A DNA stretch of 64,000 nt, taken from PVC group bacterium (lineage in GTDB: Bacteria; Verrucomicrobiota; Kiritimatiellia; CAIKKV01; CAITUY01). Below, piece after piece: positions 47,442 through 56,170 of the stretch (position 1 is the first letter of the stretch; the number at the start of each line of letters is the position of its first letter). A model generated the notes under the pieces. That model had not been told where the DNA came from, did no database searches, and saw only the letters and a program-made list of their open reading frames with translations. The stretch spans positions 13,469-77,468 of the forward strand of contig CAMBRF010000013.1 of the NCBI GenBank assembly GCA_945870225.1. The letters run 5' to 3'. The translations under genes were made by a program, and so were the position numbers.

Positions 47442-48602
47442 ATGGCTACCAAAGTCAAAAAGAAAAAGACGGAAAAAGAGGCCGGCGGCGAAACGCTGAA
47501 GCTGGTCGACAAACAGGAGGCCGGTCAGCGGATCGTCGGCATCAGCCGGGATATCCATAACGATATCGTCAAAAAACACCGGAAGCCCAGTATGCGGTTC
47601 CCCGTGCGCGCCCTGTCGAATGTGCGCTATGACCTCAAGCGCGGCCATTTCGAGATTCGCGGCAAAATGGCGACGCGGACCCTGACTTACAACACCGTCA
47701 AAACGTTCGCCCAATCCGTCCGCCTGATGGCCACCACCAAGAAGGACCTGCTCGACAAGAACGACATCGCGGGCAAACGCGAGATCTACTACAACAGCAA
47801 GAGCTGGGGCGAATGCCGCTTCGACGAACAACCCGAAAGCGATACGCTGCTGGACGACATGGAAGCCATGCTCGGCATCAACCGGGAACAACTCGGCTAC
47901 ATCCCGGAAGAACGCGGCGGGGACGTAACCGGTCCGCTGACCGTCCTGGACCAGAATCCCGTGACCGGGGAGACCATCAAAATCAATTGCGCCAAACTGG
48001 GCAGTGGCGCCTGGAGCATTCCCTCCCGCGTCGAGCACCTGCGGTTCGAGTCCAAGGCCGCCCTCATCCTCGTGATCGAAACCGCCTCCCTCTTTCAACG
48101 TCTGGTTCACCATGTGTTCTACGAGAAGGCCAACTGCATCCTGGTCTCCATGAGCGGGGTGCCCACACGGGCCTGCCGCCGGTTCATCCGCCGCCTGGCG
48201 GACGACCAGAAACTGCCGGTCCTGGTCTTTACCGACGGCGATCCCTACGGTTACTGCAACATTTACCGCACCCTGAAGGTCGGCTCCGGGCAGGCCGCCC
48301 ACATCAACCGTTATTTCTGCGTGCCTCAGGCGCGCTACCTGGGCGTCACACCGCAGGACATCATTGACTACAAGCTGGAGGATGCCACCCATCCGCTGGA
48401 GGAGGCGGACATCAAGCGGGCCAAGGATGCCCTCAAGAATGACCCGTTCATCCAGCACCACAAGGAATGGCAGAACACGCTCAACCAGATGCTCAAGATG
48501 GGAGTGCGTATCGAACAGCAGGCGTTTGCCAAGCACGGCCTGAACTTCGTGCTCGACCATTACCTGCCGGAAAAGCTAAAAAAGAAGCAGTTCCTTCCCT
48601 GA
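47442..48602 (+). CDS. top6A: DNA topoisomerase VI subunit A (Spo11 family)
   Basis: Start at ATG 47442 after GGAGGA. Catalytic-Tyr motif REIYY. Toprim E (LVIETASLF) and DxD (FTDGDPYG). Confidence 0.85.
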   Translation: MATKVKKKKTEKEAGGETLKLVDKQEAGQRIVGISRDIHNDIVKKHRKPSMRFPVRALSNVRYDLKRGHFEIRGKMATRTLTYNTVKTFAQSVRLMATTKKDLLDKNDIAGKREIYYNSKSWGECRFDEQPESDTLLDDMEAMLGINREQLGYIPEERGGDVTGPLTVLDQNPVTGETIKINCAKLGSGAWSIPSRVEHLRFESKAALILVIETASLFQRLVHHVFYEKANCILVSMSGVPTRACRRFIRRLADDQKLPVLVFTDGDPYGYCNIYRTLKVGSGQAAHINRYFCVPQARYLGVTPQDIIDYKLEDATHPLEEADIKRAKDALKNDPFIQHHKEWQNTLNQMLKMGVRIEQQAFAKHGLNFVLDHYLPEKLKKKQFLP

Positions 48603-48610
48603 CGCGGGCA

Positions 48611-48639
48611 GCGGACGGCGACACGCCGTCCCTCCCAAA
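48611..48639 (+). repeat. Truncated copy 2 of the intergenic repeat (second hairpin plus CCCTCCCAAA)
   Basis: GCGGACGGCGACACGCCGTCCCTCCCAAA, 9 nt after the top6A stop. Confidence 0.85.
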
Positions 48640-48670
48640 GAGGCGATAAAAGAGACTGAAGGAGGCCCCT

Positions 48671-49144
48671 ATGCCGACAACCTCGTACCCTTGGAAACAG
48701 CAACTTCTGAGGCAGGCTGAAATTCTTCACGATATCGCCCTGCCCCATCGCTGGAGCGAAGCGTCCGGCGTAAAACTCGAGGAAACCGTCGTCTTGGGGT
48801 TCTACGGTATTCGCCGCCTGATCAATGCCTTCCTGTTAAGCGAGGCCCTTGTCCACCGCCCCATCTCGATGACGTCCTACCCCGCCCGTCGAAAAAACGA
48901 GGCCCTTGTGGGAGAGACCTCATGGGAGATGCTCTATGACCTCAAGGCGGGCATTCCGGTTACACACGACCTCCTGTTCCTCTGCCATCAAGTCCTTCAC
49001 AATTGCGTCTTCTCAACCTATTTCGACCCGCAGCGGAGCCTCCAGGGAATCTACATGACGTCCGATCACCAGCGCAAAGTGGCGCTCTACGGACTCGATC
49101 TCAAAACCATCCAGGAACTGTTCCACCGCGTAGGCGCCGAGTAG
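48671..49144 (+). CDS. Hypothetical 157-aa protein co-directional with top6BA
   Basis: ATG preceded by GGAGG at a 5-nt spacing. I recognise no family. 68 nt downstream of top6A. Confidence 0.5.
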   Translation: MPTTSYPWKQQLLRQAEILHDIALPHRWSEASGVKLEETVVLGFYGIRRLINAFLLSEALVHRPISMTSYPARRKNEALVGETSWEMLYDLKAGIPVTHDLLFLCHQVLHNCVFSTYFDPQRSLQGIYMTSDHQRKVALYGLDLKTIQELFHRVGAE

Positions 49145-49150
49145 CACCCC

Positions 49151-50476
49151 TTATTTGCCTTTGTAGCCTTGCTTCGCCCAGACTTTGCGGGCGTGGGCAA
49201 TGGCGGCCGGTTTGGGCCTGATGAAGCCCCGGATACTCGGCGGCGGCTGACCGGGACCGGCATGATCCGGGAAAGGCGACCAATGGTCGTTCTCAAACGC
49301 TTTCCGGCTCGATTCCTTGCGGAAGTCCGGCACCACAAAGGGGGCTCCATCCTTCAGCGCGCTTTTCCAGGCCAGGATCCCGACGCTGCTCATTGCCACG
49401 CCGCGATAAACATCCAGATAGGGCTGGGTCTTGGAGCGGATGGCGCTGGCGAACTCGAAGTTCGTCCAGAAATCGCCGCCTCCGTGACCGGCCTTGTTGG
49501 CCAGCTCGGCATTCTCGGGCCAGTCCGGCTTATAGGTCCGATCCTTCTCCGTACCGGCCGGGCAGTCCCAGGCCTCGTGCCAGACGCGAACCTGCTCGGA
49601 CCCGAAATAGCCTGCCCCGCGAAGAACCTCCATGGCGCCTTTCGAGCCGTGAACACGATACCAGTTGCTGTGCCCGGGAAGCCACAGCCCGAAGATCCGG
49701 AAAACCGCGCCGTTATCCATGCGACAGAGAATCACCGAACCGGGGTCGGTGTACCGCGGCAGAACGTCGGTGACTTCCGGAGAGGTGATCGAGAGGCCGT
49801 TAACCGCCACCGGCATGGTGTCGGTGATGTACATGAGCGGCGCCAGCGCATGGGTGCAGTAATAGGTGGAGGGAATCCAGTTCCGCCAGTGTTTCAGCCC
49901 CACCGAAATGGCACTCATCTCATCCGGTTGCATCGGATGATTGTACTCGCCTTCCGCGTAGGTCACCTTCCCGATCTCGCCCGATCGATAGAGCCGCCGC
50001 ATCTCCATGTTGAAACGCGTGTACGGATAATTCTCGGCGAGCATATAGACCTTGCCGCTTTTTTCCACCGCCCGGCATAGGGCCACGCCTTCCGCCAGGG
50101 TCACATTGCTGATGCATTCGCTCATCACGTGCTTGCCGGCCGCCAGCGCCTTGAGAGCGAAGGGGGTGTGTTCGTGAAAGTAGTTGGCCAGCACGACGGC
50201 ATCCATGTCGTGCTCCAGGAATTTGTCGTAGTCGGTATAGGTGGCCACGTTGTAGCGCTTGCCCGCCTCCTCCAGTTTCTCGCCCCAGCTGTCGCAGAGC
50301 GCCACCAGTTTCATGCCCACCAGGTCCGTGGCGCCGGAGGCAAAACTCTGACCCCGCCCCACGCCGATCACGCCGACGCGGATCGGTCTGTCGCGCCTGC
50401 CCGTAACGATTGCTTTACCCACCTTCTTGCTGTTTGTCATCCGCTTATCTCCCTTGTTATCAAGCTTCTTTTTCAC
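49151..50476 (-). CDS. Gfo/Idh/MocA-family NAD(P)-dependent oxidoreductase
   Basis: RVGVIGVGRGQ Rossmann motif. About 440 aa. The start could be 50476 or 50440. Confidence 0.8.
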   Translation of the reverse strand: MKKKLDNKGDKRMTNSKKVGKAIVTGRRDRPIRVGVIGVGRGQSFASGATDLVGMKLVALCDSWGEKLEEAGKRYNVATYTDYDKFLEHDMDAVVLANYFHEHTPFALKALAAGKHVMSECISNVTLAEGVALCRAVEKSGKVYMLAENYPYTRFNMEMRRLYRSGEIGKVTYAEGEYNHPMQPDEMSAISVGLKHWRNWIPSTYYCTHALAPLMYITDTMPVAVNGLSITSPEVTDVLPRYTDPGSVILCRMDNGAVFRIFGLWLPGHSNWYRVHGSKGAMEVLRGAGYFGSEQVRVWHEAWDCPAGTEKDRTYKPDWPENAELANKAGHGGGDFWTNFEFASAIRSKTQPYLDVYRGVAMSSVGILAWKSALKDGAPFVVPDFRKESSRKAFENDHWSPFPDHAGPGQPPPSIRGFIRPKPAAIAHARKVWAKQGYKGK

Positions 50477-50491
50477 CTAATAGCCTTCAAC

Positions 50492-51247
50492 CTAAACTGC
50501 TACAGCCTCTGGCGTACCGCCCGTGCGATCCTTCCAGCACTTGGCCTTGAGCCATTCCGACGCCGGCCACGAGCCGGCAAACACCAGCCAGCCCGTCGCC
50601 AGCGCCCCGTAAGGGCCAATGTGCGGCTGGACGAGATGCATGGCCACCAACATCGGCCCGACGGAGAGAATCACCACCGGCATCTGCCGGGTCAGCGTCC
50701 AAAGCGAGTGCCGGGCCTCGTAGGCTGCCACCACGGTGACCATCGGGAAGACGGTCATAAAACCCTGCAGCCAGTGCTTGGACAGGATGAGAACCGCGAC
50801 CACCGCCATGATGATGGGGAGCTTCAGATAGACCGGAAGGGGGCTGCGGTGCGGCGGCTCATCGCGGTGAGGCTGGAATCGCAGGACGAGGGCCCCCAGC
50901 GTGAAGACCACCCCGCACGCCACCCAGAACGTCCATTCCTGCCGGGGCAGCACACGGGCAATCACGCCGCCTAAAAGACCATACAGGCCTGCGGCCCCGA
51001 TAATGGCCGCGATGATGTGGTGCTTCCAGTGGATATGCAGCCAGCGCACCCCGTGCGCGAATAGCATCAGCAGCATCAACCCGATGATGTTCGTCGCATT
51101 CACCGGATGGCCGACGGACAGAAAGGCGGCGGAAAAGGGAAACGGGAAGGTTACCAGCAACGCCTTGACCCACGGCTGGCGGAAATACGCCGTCAGGGTC
51201 GCCTGGACCGACACCACCAGCAGGAGCATGAGATCCCAACCGTTCAC
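50492..51247 (-). CDS. Hypothetical polytopic membrane protein
   Basis: 251 aa with about 7-8 hydrophobic segments. 4-nt overlap with the upstream amidohydrolase gene. Confidence 0.55.
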   Translation of the reverse strand: MNGWDLMLLLVVSVQATLTAYFRQPWVKALLVTFPFPFSAAFLSVGHPVNATNIIGLMLLMLFAHGVRWLHIHWKHHIIAAIIGAAGLYGLLGGVIARVLPRQEWTFWVACGVVFTLGALVLRFQPHRDEPPHRSPLPVYLKLPIIMAVVAVLILSKHWLQGFMTVFPMVTVVAAYEARHSLWTLTRQMPVVILSVGPMLVAMHLVQPHIGPYGALATGWLVFAGSWPASEWLKAKCWKDRTGGTPEAVAV

Positions 51248-52275
51248 CGGCGCGCCCCACAGGGCTCGGGATTCAGCAGTTTCATGCCGTTACCGTAGAA
51301 GATTCCATCCCGCTCGGCATCACTGATCCCAACCAGTTCGGCCGCCCAACGAATGGCCAAGGCAATTTCCCAGGCCATGTACCCGGCCTCAAAGCCTTCC
51401 CCCGTGATCCGGTAGGCGCTGGGCGGATAGCCCGGAAGAACCACATCCACCCAGTGGTTCAGGACCCGCACCCGCCGGCCGCGCATGGCCGCCACCGGGA
51501 AATCGGTGGCAAACAGCAGCCGCCCGGGCCCGATCTCGTTCAAGGCCATCTGGATGACCAGCGGGTCCATAACCATGGAGGTATCCATCCACACATTCGT
51601 CAGCCCTCGCAGGCAGCCAATGGCGGCCTTCATCTCGGACGGAAGATAGCAGCGGCCGCAGTGCGCGAGCACAATACTCGCCCGGGGACATTCCCGGGCC
51701 AACCAGCGCACGCCCGCCTGGATTTCGGGATCCGCTAGGCGCCCGCGGCGCGGGACATGCAGCAGCACCACCAGGCGCCGCTCGTTGGCCAGCGCCAACT
51801 CGACCGGGCCCAGCATCTCCTCAATCCGCTTGTTGCCGTAGTCATCGCCATACCAGTTCAGGAACACTTTGAACCCGCGGAACCCGCCGGCATCCAGAAC
51901 CTGTTCGTACCGTTCGCGCGACACCCCGAGATCCGGCCCCGCCAGGACCAGCGGCCACAACCCGCGATGCTGGCGCGCTGCCGCCGCCACATAGGCCGTA
52001 TCCTTTTCCCAGTCCGTCGCCGGAGTGGGATAACCAAAACAAACTGCCTCATACGTCCGGTCCGGAAAACAGGCCCGCCCATCCTGCAGCAGTTGCTCGG
52101 GCGGATAGAATGGCTGCGTCACCATGTAACGCCCCCCGCTCTTGTCCGTGTCCCAGGGCCGCTCCTTCCAATTATCGGCCGACCAGGTGTGGGTATGAAA
52201 GTCCAGCACCGTGGGCGGAAGGACCGGCGCAAGTTCCTGCCGGTAGTACTCGTTGATGTTGGTAGCCATGCTCAT
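51244..52275 (-). CDS. Amidohydrolase-family (amidohydrolase_2-like) metal-dependent hydrolase
   Basis: VLDFHTHTW metal-binding start motif plus later LLHVP and LAHCG. The start is ambiguous (52284, 52275 or 52269). Confidence 0.7.
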   Translation of the reverse strand: MSMATNINEYYRQELAPVLPPTVLDFHTHTWSADNWKERPWDTDKSGGRYMVTQPFYPPEQLLQDGRACFPDRTYEAVCFGYPTPATDWEKDTAYVAAAARQHRGLWPLVLAGPDLGVSRERYEQVLDAGGFRGFKVFLNWYGDDYGNKRIEEMLGPVELALANERRLVVLLHVPRRGRLADPEIQAGVRWLARECPRASIVLAHCGRCYLPSEMKAAIGCLRGLTNVWMDTSMVMDPLVIQMALNEIGPGRLLFATDFPVAAMRGRRVRVLNHWVDVVLPGYPPSAYRITGEGFEAGYMAWEIALAIRWAAELVGISDAERDGIFYGNGMKLLNPEPCGARR

Positions 52276-52317
52276 TTTCCCCACTTGTTAGAAATCAATT
52301 GACGCAGCCATCATAAA

Positions 52318-53172
52318 ATGACTTTTATTAAGGCGATACAACGTTTTTCAACTAAGAATTACAGAATTCGACTGCTCCTTATGAACCATATCATTTACAG
52401 CATTGCCCGTTATACCGCCGCGCAGAGCGGGATCCAAACGATGCCGTATGCCGTGATTTCGCTCATGATTGCAGGTCAGGCGCGAATGAGCGTGGGCACC
52501 ACGACCTTGGTCAATCCGGGCCCCTATCTGTCGATCCTTCCGAGAGGCACCGCGGCAACCTTTGAACAAACGGCGCAACGGGACCAGTGGGCCATTGTGC
52601 TTGAATGGCCGGAACTGACCTTGGGTAGCCAGCCGGGAACGGTGGAACTCATCGAGGACTCCGGCGGCGGGCGAGTCGTACTGCCGATGTTCACGTCCAT
52701 CGCCCGGGAGAACACCGCCGGATGGGAAAGCGAGTTCATGCGACTGCGGGAGGCCTTTAACACGCCCTGCCCGGCTAACCGGCTACGGGTGCAGACGGGT
52801 GTGGCCAACTTGATCCGGTACGTGATCGACCAACGCCCGGATATTTCGCTTTCGGCGGCGGCCAAACTACGTTGGCTGATGGATGAGGACCAACAGTGTC
52901 TCCGGGGACTGGAGGAACTCAGCCGGCAGTGCGGCTTTTCCGCCAGCCGGCTGCGGGTGCTGTTTGAGCGGGAGTACGGCCAGTCGCCGCAGGCCTACCG
53001 GAACAAGCGGCGGATGCGGATCGCCGCGGACCTGCTGTGCAACAGCAATCTCCGCATCAAGGAGATCAGCGAGCGGATCGGCTGCCGCCATGTCACACAT
53101 TTCTGCGCCCTGTTCCGGAGCGCCTTCCGTATGACGCCCACCCGTTACCAGCGTGAGTTCCGCCAACCCTGA
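52318..53172 (+). CDS. AraC-family transcriptional regulator
   Basis: C-terminal double HTH: LEELSRQCGFSASRLRVLFEREYGQSPQAYRNKRRMRIAADLL ... IGCRHVTHFCALFRSAFRMTP. Confidence 0.85.
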   Translation: MTFIKAIQRFSTKNYRIRLLLMNHIIYSIARYTAAQSGIQTMPYAVISLMIAGQARMSVGTTTLVNPGPYLSILPRGTAATFEQTAQRDQWAIVLEWPELTLGSQPGTVELIEDSGGGRVVLPMFTSIARENTAGWESEFMRLREAFNTPCPANRLRVQTGVANLIRYVIDQRPDISLSAAAKLRWLMDEDQQCLRGLEELSRQCGFSASRLRVLFEREYGQSPQAYRNKRRMRIAADLLCNSNLRIKEISERIGCRHVTHFCALFRSAFRMTPTRYQREFRQP

Positions 53173-53184
53173 CCCTCGTGCGCC

Positions 53185-53742
53185 TCAGCGAAGGCGGGCC
53201 AGAACGGCCTGCCAGCGGTCGGGCTGGTTCTCGTGCACGATAAGCGGTTCAAACCCCAGCCGCCGGTAGGTCACGATGGCCGCCAACCGGAAATCGTCCG
53301 TTTGCAGAACGGCGCTCTGCAGACCTTCGGCCCGCATCTGCCGCAAGGCCGCCAGACTGGCCGCCGCCCCGAGATGCCGCCCGGCGTGCGCCGGACAGAC
53401 CGCCACGTAATGAAGATAGCCGGTATCGTTTCCGAAGTCCTCCCGCCGGTACGCGCTCGCGGTCGCACAGGGCAGGCCATCCGGTGCGCACACGAAGAAG
53501 ATCCGTTCCGGCCGGTACGAGGGGTTCGCCCGCATTTCACGCTCGAACGCCGCCTCATCAAACCGGTCATCGGCAAAAGCCTCTCGCAGGATCCTGGCCC
53601 AGTGCGCCCCATCCCCCTCGCGACTGGTCCGGAGGGAATAGCCGGCGGGTAAATCCATCGTCGGCAGATCGTCAAGACGGGCGCGCCTCATGCAGAGTTG
53701 CGGCGTCATTCGCTCAGGGCTGGGTGTCATCATCAATTCCAC
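53185..53742 (-). CDS. GNAT-family N-acetyltransferase
   Basis: YLHYVAVCPAHAGRHLG (acetyl-CoA-binding motif A) and LQTDDFRLAAIVTYRRLGF. Confidence 0.8.
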   Translation of the reverse strand: MELMMTPSPERMTPQLCMRRARLDDLPTMDLPAGYSLRTSREGDGAHWARILREAFADDRFDEAAFEREMRANPSYRPERIFFVCAPDGLPCATASAYRREDFGNDTGYLHYVAVCPAHAGRHLGAAASLAALRQMRAEGLQSAVLQTDDFRLAAIVTYRRLGFEPLIVHENQPDRWQAVLARLR

Positions 53743-53805
53743 ATGTATAGGCGTTGCGGAAACCTTTCAACATAAATATCCCGCTATTGTGATAATGGCT
53801 AGCGC

Positions 53806-53897
53806 CTCCTGCCGCCTTGCGCGGCAGGGGCGGAAGATTGTGGAGGGAAGCGACCTTCCCTCCACAGTCTGTTCACCCGCGACACAAGGTCGCGGGG
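53806..53897. other. Three consecutive GC-rich perfect stem-loops in the GNAT / ECF-sigma divergent spacer
   Basis: CCTGCCGC-CTTGC-GCGGCAGG (53808-53828). TGTGGAGGGAAG-CGAC-CTTCCCTCCACA (53839-53866, extendable to about 15 bp). CCCGCGAC-ACAAG-GTCGCGGG (53876-53896). Confidence 0.8.
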
Positions 53898-53995
53898 GTC
53901 CAGTCCCGCTTGACCGCGCGCCCACCCCATGCCACTTTACAGGCGTGTATAGGCTCCTTTCGGCCAGAATGACCGCGGCGGGAACTTTTTGAGAC

Positions 53996-54640
53996 GTGGA
54001 TATGTCTAACCTTCAGGAACAGAGTCATGAGCGCGAGGTCGAAGAGGCCCGCGTGAACGAGCTCGTGAGGCAGGCCCAGGAAGGCAGCCTGGAGGCGGTC
54101 GACGAACTGGTGCGGACCTTTCAGACGCCCATCTTCAATCTGGCGTACCGGATGGTGAACCAGCACGAGGAGGCCGGCGACCTGACTCAGGAGGTATTCG
54201 TCAAGGTCTACCGCGCCATCCGGAAGTTCAGGGGCGGCGCCCGGTTCTCAACCTGGCTCTATGCGCTGGCCCTGAACACCTGCCGCAGCCGGCGGCGGCG
54301 CCTGCGCCGGATCGGGTTCTTTGAAAAAGTATCGCTGGATGAAACGGGGGACCTCGAAGCCGGGCCCCTGCACCGGGAACCGGCGGACGACGGTGACCCG
54401 CCGGACGAGACGGCGGCGAAGCATGAAACCCGCGAAATCGTGGGCCGTGCAATCGCCACGCTCCCGGAGGAGTTCCGGGAAGTCATCGTCATGCGCGATA
54501 TGCAGGGCCTGAGCTATGAGGAAATCGCCCAGGCAACGGGTTGCGCGGAGGGGACCATCAAATCGCGGCTCTGGCGAGCCCGGGCCAAGGTACGGGATGA
54601 GCTTGTGCGGGAAGGATTGATATGCGGTGTGAACGGATAA
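53996..54640 (+). CDS. ECF-type RNA polymerase sigma-70 factor
   Basis: Region 2 DLTQEVFVKVYR. Region 4 LSYEEIAQATGCAEGTIKSRLWRARAKV. The start is uncertain (GTG 53996, ATG 54002, or GTG 54053). Confidence 0.85.
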   Translation: MDMSNLQEQSHEREVEEARVNELVRQAQEGSLEAVDELVRTFQTPIFNLAYRMVNQHEEAGDLTQEVFVKVYRAIRKFRGGARFSTWLYALALNTCRSRRRRLRRIGFFEKVSLDETGDLEAGPLHREPADDGDPPDETAAKHETREIVGRAIATLPEEFREVIVMRDMQGLSYEEIAQATGCAEGTIKSRLWRARAKVRDELVREGLICGVNG

Positions 54641-56028
54641 AAGAGTGGATGGGCGAGCACCTCGACGGGTGCCTCGACGCCGATCGCACACGGGAGATGA
54701 ATGAGCATCTCACCGGCTGCGACGCCTGCCGCCGTGAGTTGGAAGAACTCCGGCAGACTGTCGCCCTACTCCGGGATATGCCGGCCGTCATGCCGCCCGC
54801 CGATCTCATTCCGTCCGTGCACCGGCGCCTCGCCCAACAGCCGGAATCGCCCGTGCTGATTTTCTGGCGTGTGCTCAGCCTGCCGCAGACACGCGTGGCT
54901 GCCGCCGCCGCATTGCTGATCATGGCCGGAACCTATGGCTGGCGGACACTGACGGCAGGACACGGCGGCGCAGAGAGTGACCGGGTCACCTCCCGCCAGA
55001 TGGCCCGTCCCCCGCAAGAGTCCGCTGTCATACAGGTCGCAGAGACTGCTCGCGAAAACCGCTCTGATGAGGTGACTGCCCCTGATGCTAAACGGTCGAA
55101 ACAGGACGTAAGTGACAGGACGCCCCGGCCGAGCCCGATCCTCGAGAGGCCGGAGGCATCGATGGACGACCTCGGAGTCATCCGCGAAAGTTCTGCACGC
55201 GCCTCGGCGCCGACGGTGGCAAACGGGCCTGCCGCCACGAGCCTGAGCCTGCCGCCCCTGGACCAGAAACAGGAGTTGGCGGAAAAAGAAGACAAGCCCT
55301 TCTCCAGCCCGGCTCCGGCGGATAAGCTGGTGGAAACAGAACCCCCTGTTCGTGCGGAGGAAGGCGAAGCCAGGGGACGCATCTGGGGTAAAGCAGGTGG
55401 ACGCGCGGGCGGAAAGCTTGCATCGACACCGGCACGCGCCATCACGGTGGGCGGCGGAGTGGATGCTGACGCGGCACCCGGCGCGGTTGTCCCTGCGACA
55501 ACCAAGGCCCCCCTGTCAAAAAACCTCGCCGCCGCCGAGTCGCCCAGCCCAAAGGTGGATCGGATCACGAAACCATCGGACGAACGGCTCAACGCTGGAA
55601 GATCCGACACATACTCCGACTCCGCCGACGCTCCCGCACCGGAAGCCGCACCCCCGGCGCGAAGGGAACGAGAGATTCTCCTGACCACCCGCGATGCCCG
55701 TGCGGCCGGAAAAATCCTGGCACGGTACGCTGTCCACGGAAAAGACCTAAAGGTAAAGAACGACGAGGTGGCAAAGAAGTCGCGAAGTCAGGATGGCGAG
55801 GAGGCCCAAAGTGGCAACCGGATCAGCGGATGGGTGCCTGCGGCACGCTACGCGCAACTGATCGCCTCGCTGCAGTCGATCGGAACCATCAAACCGCTCC
55901 CGGCAACCTTGGGCTGGGCATCGGGAGGATCCGGGGACGCATCAGAGCTGACAAGCCAAGTCGGCAACGAAAGCGCTGGCGTAGAGTTGATTTTCGTGCA
56001 AATCACGCTTGTTCCACCTGCGAAGTAA
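54622..56028 (+). CDS. Anti-sigma factor (zf-HC2) with a single TM and a long low-complexity extracytoplasmic region
   Basis: Overlaps the sigma gene by 19 nt. HLTGCDAC (HxxxCxxC) and TM segment VAAAAALLIMAGTYGW. Beyond the TM lies an Ala/Pro/Ser/Glu-rich region of about 340 aa. Confidence 0.8.
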   Translation: MRCERIKEWMGEHLDGCLDADRTREMNEHLTGCDACRRELEELRQTVALLRDMPAVMPPADLIPSVHRRLAQQPESPVLIFWRVLSLPQTRVAAAAALLIMAGTYGWRTLTAGHGGAESDRVTSRQMARPPQESAVIQVAETARENRSDEVTAPDAKRSKQDVSDRTPRPSPILERPEASMDDLGVIRESSARASAPTVANGPAATSLSLPPLDQKQELAEKEDKPFSSPAPADKLVETEPPVRAEEGEARGRIWGKAGGRAGGKLASTPARAITVGGGVDADAAPGAVVPATTKAPLSKNLAAAESPSPKVDRITKPSDERLNAGRSDTYSDSADAPAPEAAPPARREREILLTTRDARAAGKILARYAVHGKDLKVKNDEVAKKSRSQDGEEAQSGNRISGWVPAARYAQLIASLQSIGTIKPLPATLGWASGGSGDASELTSQVGNESAGVELIFVQITLVPPAK

Positions 56029-56043
56029 CGCCTGTTTGTCCAA

Positions 56044-56099
56044 GGGAGGGCGCGCATGATGCGCGCCGCGGACGGCGACACGCCGTCCCTCCCAAAAAC
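56044..56099 (+). repeat. Full-length copy 3 of the structured 56-nt intergenic repeat
   Basis: Identical over 56/56 nt to 47362..47417. Begins 16 nt after the anti-sigma stop. Confidence 0.9.
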
Positions 56100-56170
56100 C
56101 CAAAAACTTTCCGGGAACCTTTTTGATACTTCGGGTGTCAAAGGGAATAGAGGAGAGAAAAGGGACAACC

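Noticed and set aside
53690-53992. The 100-aa ORF covering the three-hairpin region upstream of the ECF sigma gene.
   Set aside because: There is no SD, the composition is atypical, and the reading frame is carried by the palindromic stems. The structure rather than coding potential is the likelier signal.
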